Below, in pieces: positions 1 to 12,618 of a stretch of DNA of 64,000 nt. The stretch covers positions 434,001-498,000 of the forward strand of contig CATNEN010000038.1 in the NCBI GenBank assembly GCA_950097015.1. Reading direction: 5' to 3'. The translations under genes and the position numbers were made by a program. The first letter of the stretch is position 1; every line of letters starts with the position of its first letter. Under the pieces are notes generated by a model. That model did no database searches and was not told the origin of the DNA. It was given only the letters and a program-made list of their open reading frames with translations. This DNA comes from Macrostomum hystrix. Taxonomy: Eukaryota > Animalia > Platyhelminthes.

Positions 1-494
1 TGTTTCCTCTCCACTTTAATCCACTTAGCTAATATTCTCCCAAACAGCCCAGCAACTGGCTTAGTAATTGAGGCCTACCATGGGGAAGATAATCCCTAAA
101 AAATAGGATAAACCACACCGACCGTTTTGTAATCCTGCCAGCTGTGGAGAATTATTTCGCATTGCTGCATTGCTATCAGAGAAAACTGCTTCATCAACAG
201 TGGCTAAACTGCCTCCCAGTTAAACAATGTCTAAACATTTTTATGACAAGCGTTTCACAGAAAAAAGTTCTGGAAAAGTTAATATTGATTTGCTGCCGGC
301 ATTTAGAATTTGCGAGTCCGTTATGCCTGCCTTGGCTGTCAACTCTCATAACATATTTTGAATCTGAAGGCACTATTTGTTTCCTCATGTTGCTAAAATA
401 ATTATTTGCTTAGAATACCTCACAGGATAGAAATACATTTTAACCCCGATCGGACAGATAAGCACTAAATCTCAGACTGAATATTACATGAAAA

Positions 495-1190
495 ACCACT
501 GAAAACTCACACTGAATCTCACACGAAAACCCACTTAAATCTCACACTGAATCTCACAGGAAAGACCACTGAAATCTCACACGAAAACCCACTGAAATCT
601 CACACGAAAACCCACTGAAATCTCACACGAAAACCCACTGAAATCTCACACTGAATCTCACAGGAAAAACCACTGAAATCTCACACTGAATCTCACAGGA
701 AAAACCACTGAAATCTCACACTGTATCTCACACGAAAACCCACTGAAATCTCACGCGAAAACACACTGAAATCTCACACGAAAACCCACTGAAATCTCAC
801 ATGAAAACCCACTGAAATCTTACACGAAAACCCACTGAAATCTCACACTGAATCTCACACGAAAAACCACTGAAATCTCACACTGAATCTCACACGAAAA
901 CCCACTGAAATCTCGCACTGAATCTCACACGAAAACCCACTGAAATCTCGCACTGAATCTCACACGAAAACCCACTGAAATCTCACACTGAATCTCACAC
1001 GAAAACCCACTGAAATCTCACACTGAATCTCACACTGAAATCTCGGACTGAATCTCACACGAAAAACCACTGAAATCTCACACTGAATCTCACACGAAAA
1101 CCCACTGAAATCTCACACTGAATCTCACACTGAAATCTCGGACTGAATCTCACACGAAAACCCACTGAAATCTCACACTGAATCTCATCT
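495..1190. repeat. Compound minisatellite (23-bp CTGAAATCTCACACGAAAACCCA plus 12-bp CTGAATCTCACA) in innexin intron
   Basis: Tandem units are directly visible. Confidence 0.95.
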
Positions 1191-1222
1191 GAAAGGGCGC
1201 TAAAACTCACTCAAAATCTCAC

Positions 1223-1630
1223 CTGGATGCCAGACTGCCAGTTGAACAGTCTCCACACCAGGCAGGGCAGGTTGAATAGGAAGGCCTGTATCAGCAGCAC
1301 CAGCGGCACCCACTGGTAATAGCCAATCATGGTCTTGTAGCGCTCAGGCTCTCTGTGTGGCACATTCTGCTCAGCTGTGCTCACATAATAGGTGCGAGTC
1401 ACCCAGCACACATTCTCAGCGTACTCTTCCTGAGCTCGCGTGAACTCGGTCGGCACCCAGCAGGCGATTGGCTTGCCGATGTACTGCCTGCAGGAGATCA
1501 CCAGCGAGAAGGCCACGATGATCACCGTGCTGAAGGTATGCGACAGCCGGTCCGAGAAGTCGTCGTCGCGACGATAGCGCGACGAATCCAGGCGCAGCTT
1601 GGAGAGGCCGGCAACGAATGCTGAGTCCAT
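1223..1630 (-). CDS. inx: Innexin (gap-junction protein), first coding exon; gene continues off the left edge
   Basis: Translation has the innexin hallmarks DDDFSDRLS, RQYIGKPIACWVP, EEYAENVCWV and YYQWVP. ATG at 1630 (MDSAF). Exon ends CAG|GTGAGA at 1223/1222. Confidence 0.93.
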
Positions 1631-1679
1631 GGGCAATGCGCCGCTTACATGCTCAAAGTCCCTGGCGATCGAGGGCGGG

Positions 1680-2045
1680 TTGATTGATTGATGGGTTGAT
1701 CGATTGGTCGATTAATTTATTGATACATTGATATATTGATATATTTGATGCTTTGTTGTATTGATAGATTGATAAATAAACGGATTGATCGCTTGATTGA
1801 TTGATAGATTGATCGATTCATAGATTAACGGATTGATCGCTTGATTGATTGATAGATTAATCGATCTTGATCGATCGATAGACTGATGATGGAGTGATTG
1901 ATTGGTCGATTAACCGATTGATGGATTAATAAATTGATAGCCTATAAACTGGTTGATTAATCAATAAAATAACAGATTCATGGATTAATTGATCATTTAA
2001 TTGATGATTAGATTGATCGATTGATCGATTTCTGATCGACTGAGC
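1680..2045. repeat. Degenerate (GATT/GATC)n low-complexity tract
   Basis: Repeated ttgattgat/gatcga just upstream of the innexin coding exon. Confidence 0.8.
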
Positions 2046-3564
2046 AATTATTTTGAATATTAGTAAATTAGTTTATCCTTTCGTTGAACATCTATAGGTT
2101 ATTTTGTTGATCGTTTTTTCGATGATTAGTCTCAATAATCCAATGATTGGTGTCTGAATATACACTCTTAGATAGATTCGCAAATTCCTGTAATGCCTGA
2201 ATGATGGATTGTACATGCACTTCTCAAAGCATTTCGCCTCACCGTGACCTTCTGTTTCGATGCATGCTCAGCAGTGCCAGTCACGATGACAATCTTCACC
2301 TGTTGCCATCTGGTAGGTGCTCAGCTCACAGATATGTATTGAGGATTTCTTGATGTTTGTTACATGTTCACAGTGGCAGTGAGTTGCAATGATTGGGAAT
2401 ACTGTCATTGCAGTTGTAAGGATAAAATATGGAGATATTCAGCTACAAGCAGCTGCCACATGCGGGAGGTTGTGGGGCAGCTTTGGCATGCAGGCCGAAA
2501 ATGATTGGTCAGAATCAAGAGGGATTTACATCCCATCAAATTATTCTGGCTGGGGAACAGGGACTACAGATGAAGTGATGAAAGCGTTTTTGTAGTGCTC
2601 AGACGAAAATTTTTTGATTGCCGAAAAAATAGCTCAGCAATATGGCGGATCAGAGGAGAAAAGGGAGGGAAGGAGGCAGATGTGACTCAGTTGAGCTTGC
2701 GTGATCTGCTACAGCTGAGCACCCACCTGTAAAATGGCTGACTATGTGTACCGGGAGCTTTAGTAGATTGTGAGGCATTGTGTTCACGCAATCTCTCTTG
2801 CATGGTTACTAGAAATGCTGTGTGTGACACTCAATTCATAGCCCTGAATAAATCACATCAAATTGCTATGAATCAATGCTAGGACCAGAAACTAATAACT
2901 ATTGATTTCGACAGTCGCAATGAGATAATTCACACGATCTCATCGTCAGTCAGTTTACACTCTGACTGTGCTATATTTAGCTAGGGCTGTCAAGCAAACA
3001 GATGTACAGTTACAGCTACACTCGGTTACAGATGAGATAAGCCAAGAGTACACGCGCCACTTATCCTAAAGATGTGCATCAGCAACCAGCAGCAGATTTC
3101 ATCTAATTCGCGCAGTTGCCTTGCAGAACATTCAAAGCTGAAGTCAGTAATTTGCCCAAGTTAGAATTCCCGGAAGGGCTGCTCGCTGTGCTCACACTTT
3201 GAGCACTTTCCGGAGTCACTGCTGGAGTTCAGCGAGGCTTCCGCAAATCAAGTTTGCTCAAACTGCTCTCCTACTATTTAGTGCCAGTGATGGCTGATTT
3301 TCCGATTTACCAAATCAATCAATCAATAAGTTCGTTGGTTGGCAAATTTTTAGGTCTTTAGCGAGGAAATAGTGCCGCATTCACAAGCTTTGCCTGATAA
3401 AGTTTTAAAGGGCCGCTTCAGGTTTGAGATTGAGTCGGCTCAAATTGACCATAACTGGAAAATATTGTAATTATCACGCTTAAGTTTGAGTCCAATAGCA
3501 ACTCGTGCTAATCACGGCTTCTAGATTATGACAGCAACTCAACATTAGTGCTAACTACAGGTGC

Positions 3565-5035
3565 GAATCTTATCTAACTGGAAACTGATGTGTCTAACAG
3601 TTGGGAAGCTTATCTAACCGGGAACTGATGTGTCTAACATGTTGGAATCTTATCTAACCGGGAACTGATGTGTCTAACAGGTGGGAATCTTATCTAACTG
3701 GGAACTGATGTGTCAAACCGGTGGGAAACTTATCTAACTGGGAACTGATGTGTCTAACAGGTGGGAAACTTATCTAACTGGGAACTGATGTGTCTAACAG
3801 GTGGGAATCTTATCTAACTGGGAACTGATTTGTCTAACAGGTGGGAAACTTATCTAACTGGGAACTGATGTGTCTAACAGGTTGGAATCTTATCTAACTG
3901 GGAACTGATGTGTCTAACAGGTGGGAATCTTATCTAACTGGGAACTGACGTGTCTAAGAGGTGGGAATCTTATCTAACTGGGAACTGATGTGTCTAACAG
4001 GTGGGAATCTTATCTAACTGGGAACTGATGTGTCTAAGAGGTGGGAATCTGATCTAACTGGGAACTGATGTGTCTAACAGGTGGGAATCTTATCTAACTG
4101 GGAACTGATGTGTCTAAGAGGTGGGAATCTTATCTAACCGGGAACTGATGTGTCTAACAGGTGGGAATCTTATCTAACCGGGAACTGATGTGTCTAACAG
4201 GTGGGAATCTTATCTAACCGGGAACTGATGTGTCTAACAGGTGGGAATCTTATCTAACCGGGAACTGATGTGTCTAACAGTTGGGAAGCTTATCTAACCG
4301 GGAACTGATGTGTCTAACAGGTGGGAATCTTATCTAACCGGGAACTGATGTGTCTAACAGGTGGGAATCTTATCTAACTGGGAACTGATGTGTCAAACCG
4401 GTGGGAATCTTATCTAACCGGGAACTGATGTGTCTAACAGGTTGGAATCTTATCTAACCGGGAACTGATGTGTCTAACAGGTTGGAATCTTATCTAACTG
4501 GGAACTGATGTGTCTAACAGGTTGGAATCTTATCTAACTGGGAACTGATGTGTCTAACAGGTTGGAATCTTATCTAACCGGGAACTGATGTGTCTAACAG
4601 GTGGGAATCTTATCTAACTGGGAACTGATGTGTCTAACAGGTGGGAATCTTATCTAACTGGGAACTGATTTGTCTAACAGGTGGGAAACTTATCTAACCG
4701 GGAACTGATGTGTCTAACAGGTGGGAAACTTATCTAACCGGGAACTGATGTGTCTAACAGGTGGGAATCTTATCTAACTCGGAACTGATGTGTCTAACAG
4801 GTGGGAATCTTATCTAACCGGGAACTGATGTGTCTAACAGGTGGGAATCTTATCTAACCGGGAACTGATGTGTCTAACAGGTGGGAATCTTATCTAACCG
4901 GGAACTGATGTGTCTAACAGGTGGGAATCTTATCTAACTGGGAACTGATGTGTCTAACAGGTGGGAATCTTATATAACAGAGAATTGATGTGTCTAACAG
5001 GTGGGAATCTTATATAACAGAGAATTGATGTGTAT
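3565..5035. repeat. 40-bp minisatellite, about 36 copies (GGAACTGATGTGTCTAACAGGTGGGAATCTTATCTAACYG)
   Basis: Tandem units are directly visible. Confidence 0.97.
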
Positions 5036-6440
5036 AAAGTATGGTCAAATTTATTGTGAATTAACGAGCTTGTTTTTTTGTGTACGGCTGTTTACTAAAA
5101 ATGGCGTTAAAATTCAAATCATGCTACTACTACCTAGTAGTGTCTAGAAATTCAAGATTATACTTTTTTGTTCGCAACGGGCGGGATATGACAGGAATAA
5201 ATTCAAGTCTGAAATTAAGAAGCCCCCAGACCCGATGGAAGGAGAATTGCTAGAAAAAAATAGCACATTGCGATGAGATTGACAAACCAACAGATGGGAT
5301 TTCAGAAGCAGCTCTGTCCACCTCCCACTAGTCTGTTTGCTTCTCGCTCTGTTGGCGATGCAGCAGCAACAGCTGCAGCAGCAGCAGCAGTTTTTTCCTG
5401 GCTCTCATATTTTCTGCTTCCTGTGGAACTAGCCGAAGCAGTGGCGGGCAGTGGGGTGGCTGTCTGGTCATCTGCGCGTCCTTGAACAAACAGAGCCGCA
5501 TACTGCTGCTGCTGCTGCTGCTGCTGTCTCAGCACGTGTGGGTTGAGTCTGATAGTTAGAATTTTCTGTTCTGTACAGATTTTTCAATTCCAATTTAGTT
5601 TTTAATTCCGCCCTAAGACACATTATGCTTGCCTTCGTATAATAGGGGCGGTTCGTTCGATGTACTTTTAAGACGAAATATTGGCAACATGAAAACTTGT
5701 TGTTGTCTCCGCAAGCTCTAGAATCAAGCCTTGCCTCACCTCAATTGGCTTGTTTTGACATAGTGCCAGCTTCTGTAACTTCAGTATGAGTTTTATTTCA
5801 TCTTTCTGTTCGCCAGATTCACACTAGGGCCAGTTGCGTGACCGTTGATTCTGCGGAAATTGTCTGGGCTGTGAGGCCCTCAGTACCGTCTCAACCCACC
5901 TGCACTTATCATTTCTAATATGTTCAACTCAGGCAGCGGTACATGCTGAATATGCTTGCACTTATGAGCTGTATGATTTTCGCATGCTCTAAACTCTAAG
6001 ACGTGTTTTTTTCGACCGACTACTCAGGAAAGCTTGTTTGTAGCAACTTTGCTTGCTTCCAACAGCTCTCTCTTATGGTTCCCGTGCAAAGGTCATCTTT
6101 GATTTCCTACTCAAACACAATAAGTACTCAGGGGAAGTATTGCCCGAATGCCTGTTTTTTTCGCTCTGCCTCTGGTGTGGCAACTCAATAACAAGAAATT
6201 TTAGAAATTCTGGGAGTTTTTACAGCAGCATCTCTAAAAAAATGCTGAAATCTCAAAGTTTTGACAGAATTATAATTTTCCCAATCGCTCTAATGCGCAT
6301 AAACCCTGTAAGCCAATCAGCTTAAGCGTTCAAGTTTCACCAGCTTGTCAAACAATTAAGTCTGCTTCATCTGAGCCTTAGTTGTCAACGGACCTTCAAC
6401 GGACCTTCAACGGACCTTCAACGGATCTTCAACGGTTCCA

Positions 6441-6632
6441 AGCCGCAGCTGTTGCGCGGCGTATCTGAAAGCTGCGTTGGACTGTTCAGTTCACGGACTT
6501 CCACCCTCTATTACCATGGCAGCTAATGCTGGTGCCCATTTAACAGGACACAAATTATATTAGTGAAGTCAGGAATCGAACCCCCGACCTTCAAGGGGTA
6601 AGTCCGATGCTCTAACCACTAGTACTGTAGCT
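6441..6632 (-). mobile_element. tRNA-derived SINE family A copy (internally deleted)
   Basis: Minus strand has TAGAGCATCGG...GGGGTTCGATTCC (A/B-box-like). Body matches the copies at 12.5k, 46.3k and 53.7k. Confidence 0.75.
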
Positions 6633-7100
6633 CGTCATCGGTAAGAGCTGGCCAACAACGTTTCCTATGACATGTCAAGCGAATCTTTCAAAAAGTCACT
6701 TGCAGGAGTTGCAGCACGGGTCGTCCAGGCATGGCGGGTCACCTATACCTACCGGCCCTACCATTTTATTGTTTTATACGCACAACTGCCCCGCCACGTG
6801 GGGTTCAAGCGAGGGCGGACCAGCTCGCGAGACCTAGAGCAGCTGGCCCATCGTCCGACATCAATGCCAGTTTGAGACGCTGAGAACAAACTCCAGGGAA
6901 CGTAGACCAACACCCAGTTCTTATCCGCTCTTATAATTTTATAAATTCTTATAATTTTTATCCATAATGTTGGGCCTTCACGAAAATCGGTCATTCGTTG
7001 GCAGTGGGTATTTGAAATACCCGCGTGGTCTTTCCCTTGTGAAGCTTCTACTTGGATCTGAGTCCTTTTTGTCAGTCTGCCAGTGAATCTGCTGCATTCC

Positions 7101-7455
7101 TAATAATAATAATAATAATTGCAGGAGGCCTGCGGGCAATGGCACATTATTTGGTGACAGTAGACCCGCAGCCAGCGAGGAGGCAATTCTGCCCATTTCG
7201 CTGACTCCTGAGCACACACGCACACAGATGCTGTATGCAGGCATCAGCTCACACAGGTGTGTACATCTGCCATGATTCTCATCGCCAGGCAGAGTACACT
7301 CTCACTGTGCCTTGGAGGTGGGCCCTCGAGTGCGTAAATTGCACGACAAGCCCCCAAGCCTTCTCTCCGCGGCTGCGCCCCAAATGAATGCGACCTCGCC
7401 GCGGGAATCGAGCTCAGGGACCTTGGCGCGTTACGCGTTAACGGCTCTGCCATCT
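7101..7455 (-). mobile_element. tRNA-derived SINE family B, near full length, (ATT)n tail
   Basis: Reverse complement matches 24170-24465, 44223-44378 and 63830-64000. Head TGGCAGAGCCGTT...GCTCGATTCC. Tail reads (AAT)n on + at about 7102-7120. Confidence 0.8.
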
Positions 7456-7956
7456 ATTTCCAAATTAGCTACGTGTAATTCACTTGCATTGCAGAAACTC
7501 AAAGCCAATACTCACTGTCTCAGTCGATCCTTTCTTAATGCTCTCGGCAAGCTTCTGGTGGTTGTTCCCACCTCCAGTGGCATTTTCGCATTTTTTGGTA
7601 TGCTAAAAGTTTTCTTGAAATAATATTGACTTGGCAGTTCAAGGCACTTAGTTAGTTTTTCTTGACTAAAGGAACACGAGAGCTGTGGCAATATGCGCTC
7701 GTATCGGCCTGTTTATAGCGAGAATTTCCTTGCTGGCGGGAGTTAAAATAGGGATTGGAAAATAGGGATTGGACCTGACCGGGCGCGGGTCAAACACCTT
7801 CTTTATTTGCTCCCAGTTTCTTATCTACCTGGCCCTGATTCCCTTGACACTTTTGGGATGTTCTTGATTCTAGCGGGTGAAGGACGTGCCTCAGTGGCCT
7901 TCAAAACTGGCTGCAGGGCTGTTCTCATCTTGCAGCTAGAAGCCACCTCAATATCA

Positions 7957-8191
7957 ATCTCAATTTGTGTACCAAAGCAACAGGATTCACAAATGGTCTC
8001 TGGATCTCAATTTGTGTACCAAAGCAACAGGACTCACAAATGGTCTCTGGATCTCAATTTGTGTACCAAAGCAACAGGACTCACAAATGGTCTCTGGATC
8101 TCAATTTGTGTACCAAAGCAACAGGACTCACAAATGGTCTCTGGATCTCAATTTGTGTACCAAAGCAACAGGACTCACAAATGGTCTCTGG
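7957..8191. repeat. 47-bp tandem repeat x5
   Basis: ATCTCAATTTGTGTACCAAAGCAACAGGACTCACAAATGGTCTCTGG starts at 7957, 8004, 8051, 8098 and 8145. Confidence 0.97.
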
Positions 8192-9994
8192 AAAAATCCA
8201 GGAAACCTCAGAAGGCATTTAAATTATCCAACCATTTTTTCATAGGTGTTTAAAAGTCATTCCTTGAAATTACCTTCATCTCAAAGGAAAGTACTTTGCA
8301 TGATTAAAAAATGTTTGCGGTGATTTTTTTTTAAAGTACTCCAACCTTGAGTAGAAACTTTGCTGAGGAGGGAAGTTACATTTTTATATCAAAAGTCCTT
8401 TCAAAATCATGACAATGATGTCAATGTCTCACAAAATCCCTTAAAAGAATACATCCTAGTTAATTAGCCTACCTGTTCTGTGGTAGTCGGGTTCTCGGCT
8501 CGTCCCGCTGCTGTTGATTGAACGGTCGGTCAATATGATCAATTTGTATCAACTCAGGCATGCACAGGTATATGCCCGGGCAAAGTTTGTGGGGCTGATG
8601 TGTGTCTCTTCGACTAAAGAAAGCAAGGCCAAGAAATAACTTCATTGTGAGTGCTTTAAACAACTATATGGTTCAACTCAGACATGACTATGTACAGTCC
8701 AGCAAGAATGCTAGTGACCACCCTGAGCGTTGTGCTCGGCTTCATCTCTGTGACGGTCAATATGGTGAGAGTAATGAGCAGGCATGAGTTAATGCAGCAT
8801 CCAACACTCTATTGTCCTTCCCATAAAAGGCTTTTTCTGCTGCAAGAAAAATTAGTTCGCCAGATTCGCAGCTCGGTTAGCAAACAAGAGCAGAAGTACT
8901 GTACTCACACACGATTTCTGCTAACAAAATACGCTATAAACTGACAGAAGACGAAAATGAATGAAAGAATGCAACTCTACATTCATCTGGAACGAATTAA
9001 GCAGCCAATATTGATTGACTCATCGCTTGTCATGGGAGAATTTTCTCGACAGTCGCCACCTGGTCGCGCTTCCCTTCCAGTCAGCATGAGACTGCAGTCA
9101 GCCGTGATGTAAATAACGGAATGGTTGACATACCCAAACACCTGTGCATGCCTTGTCAGGTGGAAATTGCCTAAACCTCAACTCATTTTTGGTATTTTCT
9201 AGTTGGACTTTTAATTAACACGGCGGTTGCTAGTGTTCTGGACACTATCAACACAACATCCAGGATCGCTAATATGAAAGGCAACATCAATTAGCGATCC
9301 AGATAAAGCTTAACTGCAAGTGTAGATGCAATTAGAATTCCTTAACGCTGTCCGGTGCTTTAGCAGAAGGGAATCGTGAACTATAATGGCGAGCCTGCGC
9401 TACCGCGCCAAAGAGACCCGTTATAGTGGGCGAGTGGGGTAGCTGGCACTGCCTGATGCAGTCGATTTATCGGTAGAAAAAATCGGTCTTGTAGTTAGAA
9501 ATAGCTTAGCAGCAGTAAGAAGAGATCAACTGGCAGAGATAAGCGCTTGGGTCTAAAAATGTAAGTGAACGATGATGCGAGAACCAAATGGAGCTTGATT
9601 GTGTACACACCCCGGAGTGGGTGGCAAATGTATTGGAAAACAGTCCATCTTCATCACTATCAGGTTGCTGGGGGAGGGGTAAAGTTTTCGCCAATCATCA
9701 GGTGGCTTTTCCCTAGAATAGTCGCAAGCATACGACCGATGCAGCCTCCGACGGACACTGGGCCCATCAAGGCGATTGGGACATTGGGACGCTTGGCCCT
9801 CCACTCTCCCTAATCATAAAAGCCACACTGATAGGGGCGGTCTGGGCACAACAGGAAATTCGAGTTGAATTGCAACTGTGAGCTATAGGGCAGAGATAAG
9901 CCATGAGCGGCTTAGCCAACAACAGAAAAGAACCTGCCGAGGATTCACTCGTTCTGAGCCCAACCGCGGCTGTCGTCTATTACCTGATGCACGC

Positions 9995-10355
9995 GCTCTA
10001 GAAGTATATAATCTCTCCCGCCACAGATAAATGAATAAACGGGAGAGATTATTTACTTCTCTGTGGCCGTCAGAACGACTGAGAACTTGTTTCTCGGCCG
10101 AGGCGCAGCCGAGTCCAGAGAAACGAGTTTGAAGTCGTTCTGGCCATAGACAAACGAATAAACGGGGGAGATAGTATTTTTCCCCAACTTGGCTCGGTCT
10201 TTTGGAAAAAAAGAACTATAGCTCAACAGTCTATGGTTCTGATCGAAACGCTTCCAAATAAATCGTTTCCTCGTCCGAGACGAATAAATGCTTCAACACT
10301 ATAGGCCATAGACTTATTTGACCGGGACAAGTGGGGGATAAGTCTGGCTCTAGAA
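9995..10355. mobile_element. Palindromic MITE-like non-coding element
   Basis: 21-bp inverted repeat at 10000-10020/10040-10060, a second long hairpin at about 10064-10146, an internal direct repeat, and flanking 9-bp direct repeat GCTCTAGAA. Confidence 0.5.
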
Positions 10356-10937
10356 ATCTTCTTATATGATTTATAGCCAAGAGGAATTCAGATTTAAGTC
10401 CCCCGAGTGGTTAGAGCAATGGACTTATCGCTGAGAGGTGTTAGAATCTCACTTAGTCTATGGGGAAAATGCGTCCTAGGTGATCTGTCCTAGACAGCTA
10501 GCTGCAACTGCAGCCTTTGGATATTAAGCACAAAAGCAGCTACCACTGGCTGGCCAATATCAGCCCTAAAACTAGAGGAAAACAGATCTATTTATATCGC
10601 AAAATTAGCCTGAGGCTCTAGCCTAGTGACCAATTTTTTAATCCTTCCGCACATTTAATGGGATAAAAAGGATTGAACTGAGGCACAAAAATCTGCGGCA
10701 AGAACACGAATCTCTTAACTGGACAATGGGCGTTCAAGAATGCATTGCAAAGCTGCTCTTTGTAATTTGTCACGAGAACTTTGACAAGCTGCAGTTTCAG
10801 GTGATTCTTCAAATTCTGTCAACCTAATTTCCGGCCTCAGCTATGTTAAAGCATCGACAAATGCTTGTGAAATTTTGTGTAATGAAGTTGCTCCGTTGTA
10901 GTATCGGCCTTGCTGTTCTCGCGATCATTTGAGTCTA

Positions 10938-11910
10938 CCGGGTGGCCCATGCGTTTAAGGACAATTTAAAAATAATCAACTGTATATACATTTTTAATAT
11001 AAAAACAACCAACAAACGAAAACTTTAACATTTTAACTGACCGCCATAATGTCTAGATGGCAACTAAAAATAACATTTACTCAATGTAGCCCCCCTCCGC
11101 TGCATACACGGCTTCAATGCGAGACCGAAACTTGGTACAGGCACCTCTGATGACGGCAGGGCCCTGAGCTGACCAGGCAGCACTAACAGCAACTTGGAGA
11201 GTCTCCACGGTAGCATAAGTTGTTAAACATGCAACGCGGGCCACGTTGTTCCACACAAAGTAATCGAGAGGGGAACAGTCTGGACTCGATGGTGGCCAAG
11301 TGGTCGCATCCCAGAAGTCCTCGCCGAGCTCCCGGCGAAGAAATTCTTGAGTAGCGACAGCCGTGTGGGTAGGAGCGCCGTCCTGCTGAAAAACAAACGT
11401 ACCTGGGGCAAAGTTGTGTCGAATCCATGGCAGTACATGATCCTGCAGCATGCGGATGTACTCGGCTGAGTTGATTTTCACTCCAGCTGGTACCCAGATC
11501 GGGGGAGCCACCCTGCCGTCCGAAGCCACGACACCGAGAAACATGACACCTTTGGCATGTTGCTGGCGAGGCATGAAGCGGTGTTCCTCCGCAGCAGAGC
11601 TGGAGTCTCCTTTCAACTGCCGCAGCAGCTCCAACTTCTTCAATGTCGCTCTTGACGGCGTAAACAAACGACCTTGCAACATTGAGGTTCTCTGCTATCT
11701 GTGCTGGGCTTATACCCCGCGCGAGCTGGTCTACCACCATCAAACGTTTAGCGCGATTCATGGCTAATGCTAAGTTGCCGAAAAATTTCGCGGCAGCTAC
11801 AGACTATATAGATACTATTTTGTCTATGACCAAAACTATTATGCTCTAGCTACCGCTGGCTTTGCTTTCTTCTATTTTTAAGGTTGTCCTTAAACGCATG
11901 GGCCACCCGG
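10938..11910 (-). mobile_element. Tc1/mariner superfamily (maT-like) DNA transposon, internally deleted
   Basis: Perfect 27-bp TIRs CCGGGTGGCCCATGCGTTTAAGGACAA at 10938-10964 and 11884-11910, TA TSDs on both sides, and transposase fragments inside. Confidence 0.95.
11077..11761 (-). pseudogene. Truncated DDD transposase (HTH start, frameshift/deletions, C-terminal catalytic half)
   Basis: N-terminus MNRAKRLMVVDQLARGISPAQIAENLNVARSFVY is HTH-like in one frame. FQQDGAPTH...WPPSSPDCSPLDYFVW...AEGGYIE is in another frame. The first catalytic Asp segment is absent. Confidence 0.9.
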
Positions 11911-12496
11911 TACCGGTAGCTTTCAGTGCTAGAAGCCTATAGCGAAATGCTGGCCTGGATCCTAACTACTTCTTGGCATCTCACAGCTCCGAGTCTCTTA
12001 GAGAAGACCTTAGCAACTTCACTCCGGGAATTAGGAACCGGCAAATCAAATTATAACGGGCAGGGCAGCCTGATAGTTATCTTTTATTTGCCAGCGAATA
12101 CAGGACAGAACACATTCTCACAAAATCTCCGCGTGGACTAAAAGAAAAGTTCTCTCTCTACAGGAAAGATTTGAAGCGAAAGTAGAGACCAACCCGCCAA
12201 TTAGTGGAGCAGATATAGAGACCCAGGGCGACAGAGAAGCGGGATGTGCTGAGATCGGGGAACTGACACCTAATGTATTCCGACTTGGAGATCCTGCATG
12301 CAGCCTCCTAATGCAATTAATTACAGCATACAAAGTAGAGCCCGGGAATGGAACCGTAACGCCACCCTAATCTGGCCCAGAAAGCTACATTTTTACCTTC
12401 TTCTCGCTTTGCTTCTACGCGGATTTTTTTGTTTAAAATAAGAATTTTGTCCATGGACCGGAGGGACGCCGCACCCAAGACCTAACCCTCAATTAG

Positions 12497-12618
12497 CACA
12501 GCTAATGCTGGTACCCATTTAACAGCTGGGTGAACTGAAGGACTGGAGGTCAAAAATTGTTCAAGTGGAGTTCGGAATCGAACCCCAGACCTTCAAGTCG
12601 TGAATCCGACGCTCTACT
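12497..12618 (-). mobile_element. SINE family A copy, 5' end interrupted
   Basis: TAGAGCGTCGG...GGTTCGATTCCG head and CACCCAGCTGTTAAATGGGTACC body on the minus strand. Confidence 0.75.

Noticed and set aside
3565-5035. CRISPR-like regular arrays (also 35853-37268 and 57965-58542)
   Set aside because: Units are head-to-tail with no unique spacers, there are no cas genes, and the context is eukaryotic.
5302-5535. Short poly-Q/poly-A ORF on the minus strand
   Set aside because: CAG microsatellite-rich with no domain or clear splice partners. It may be UTR or regulatory sequence.
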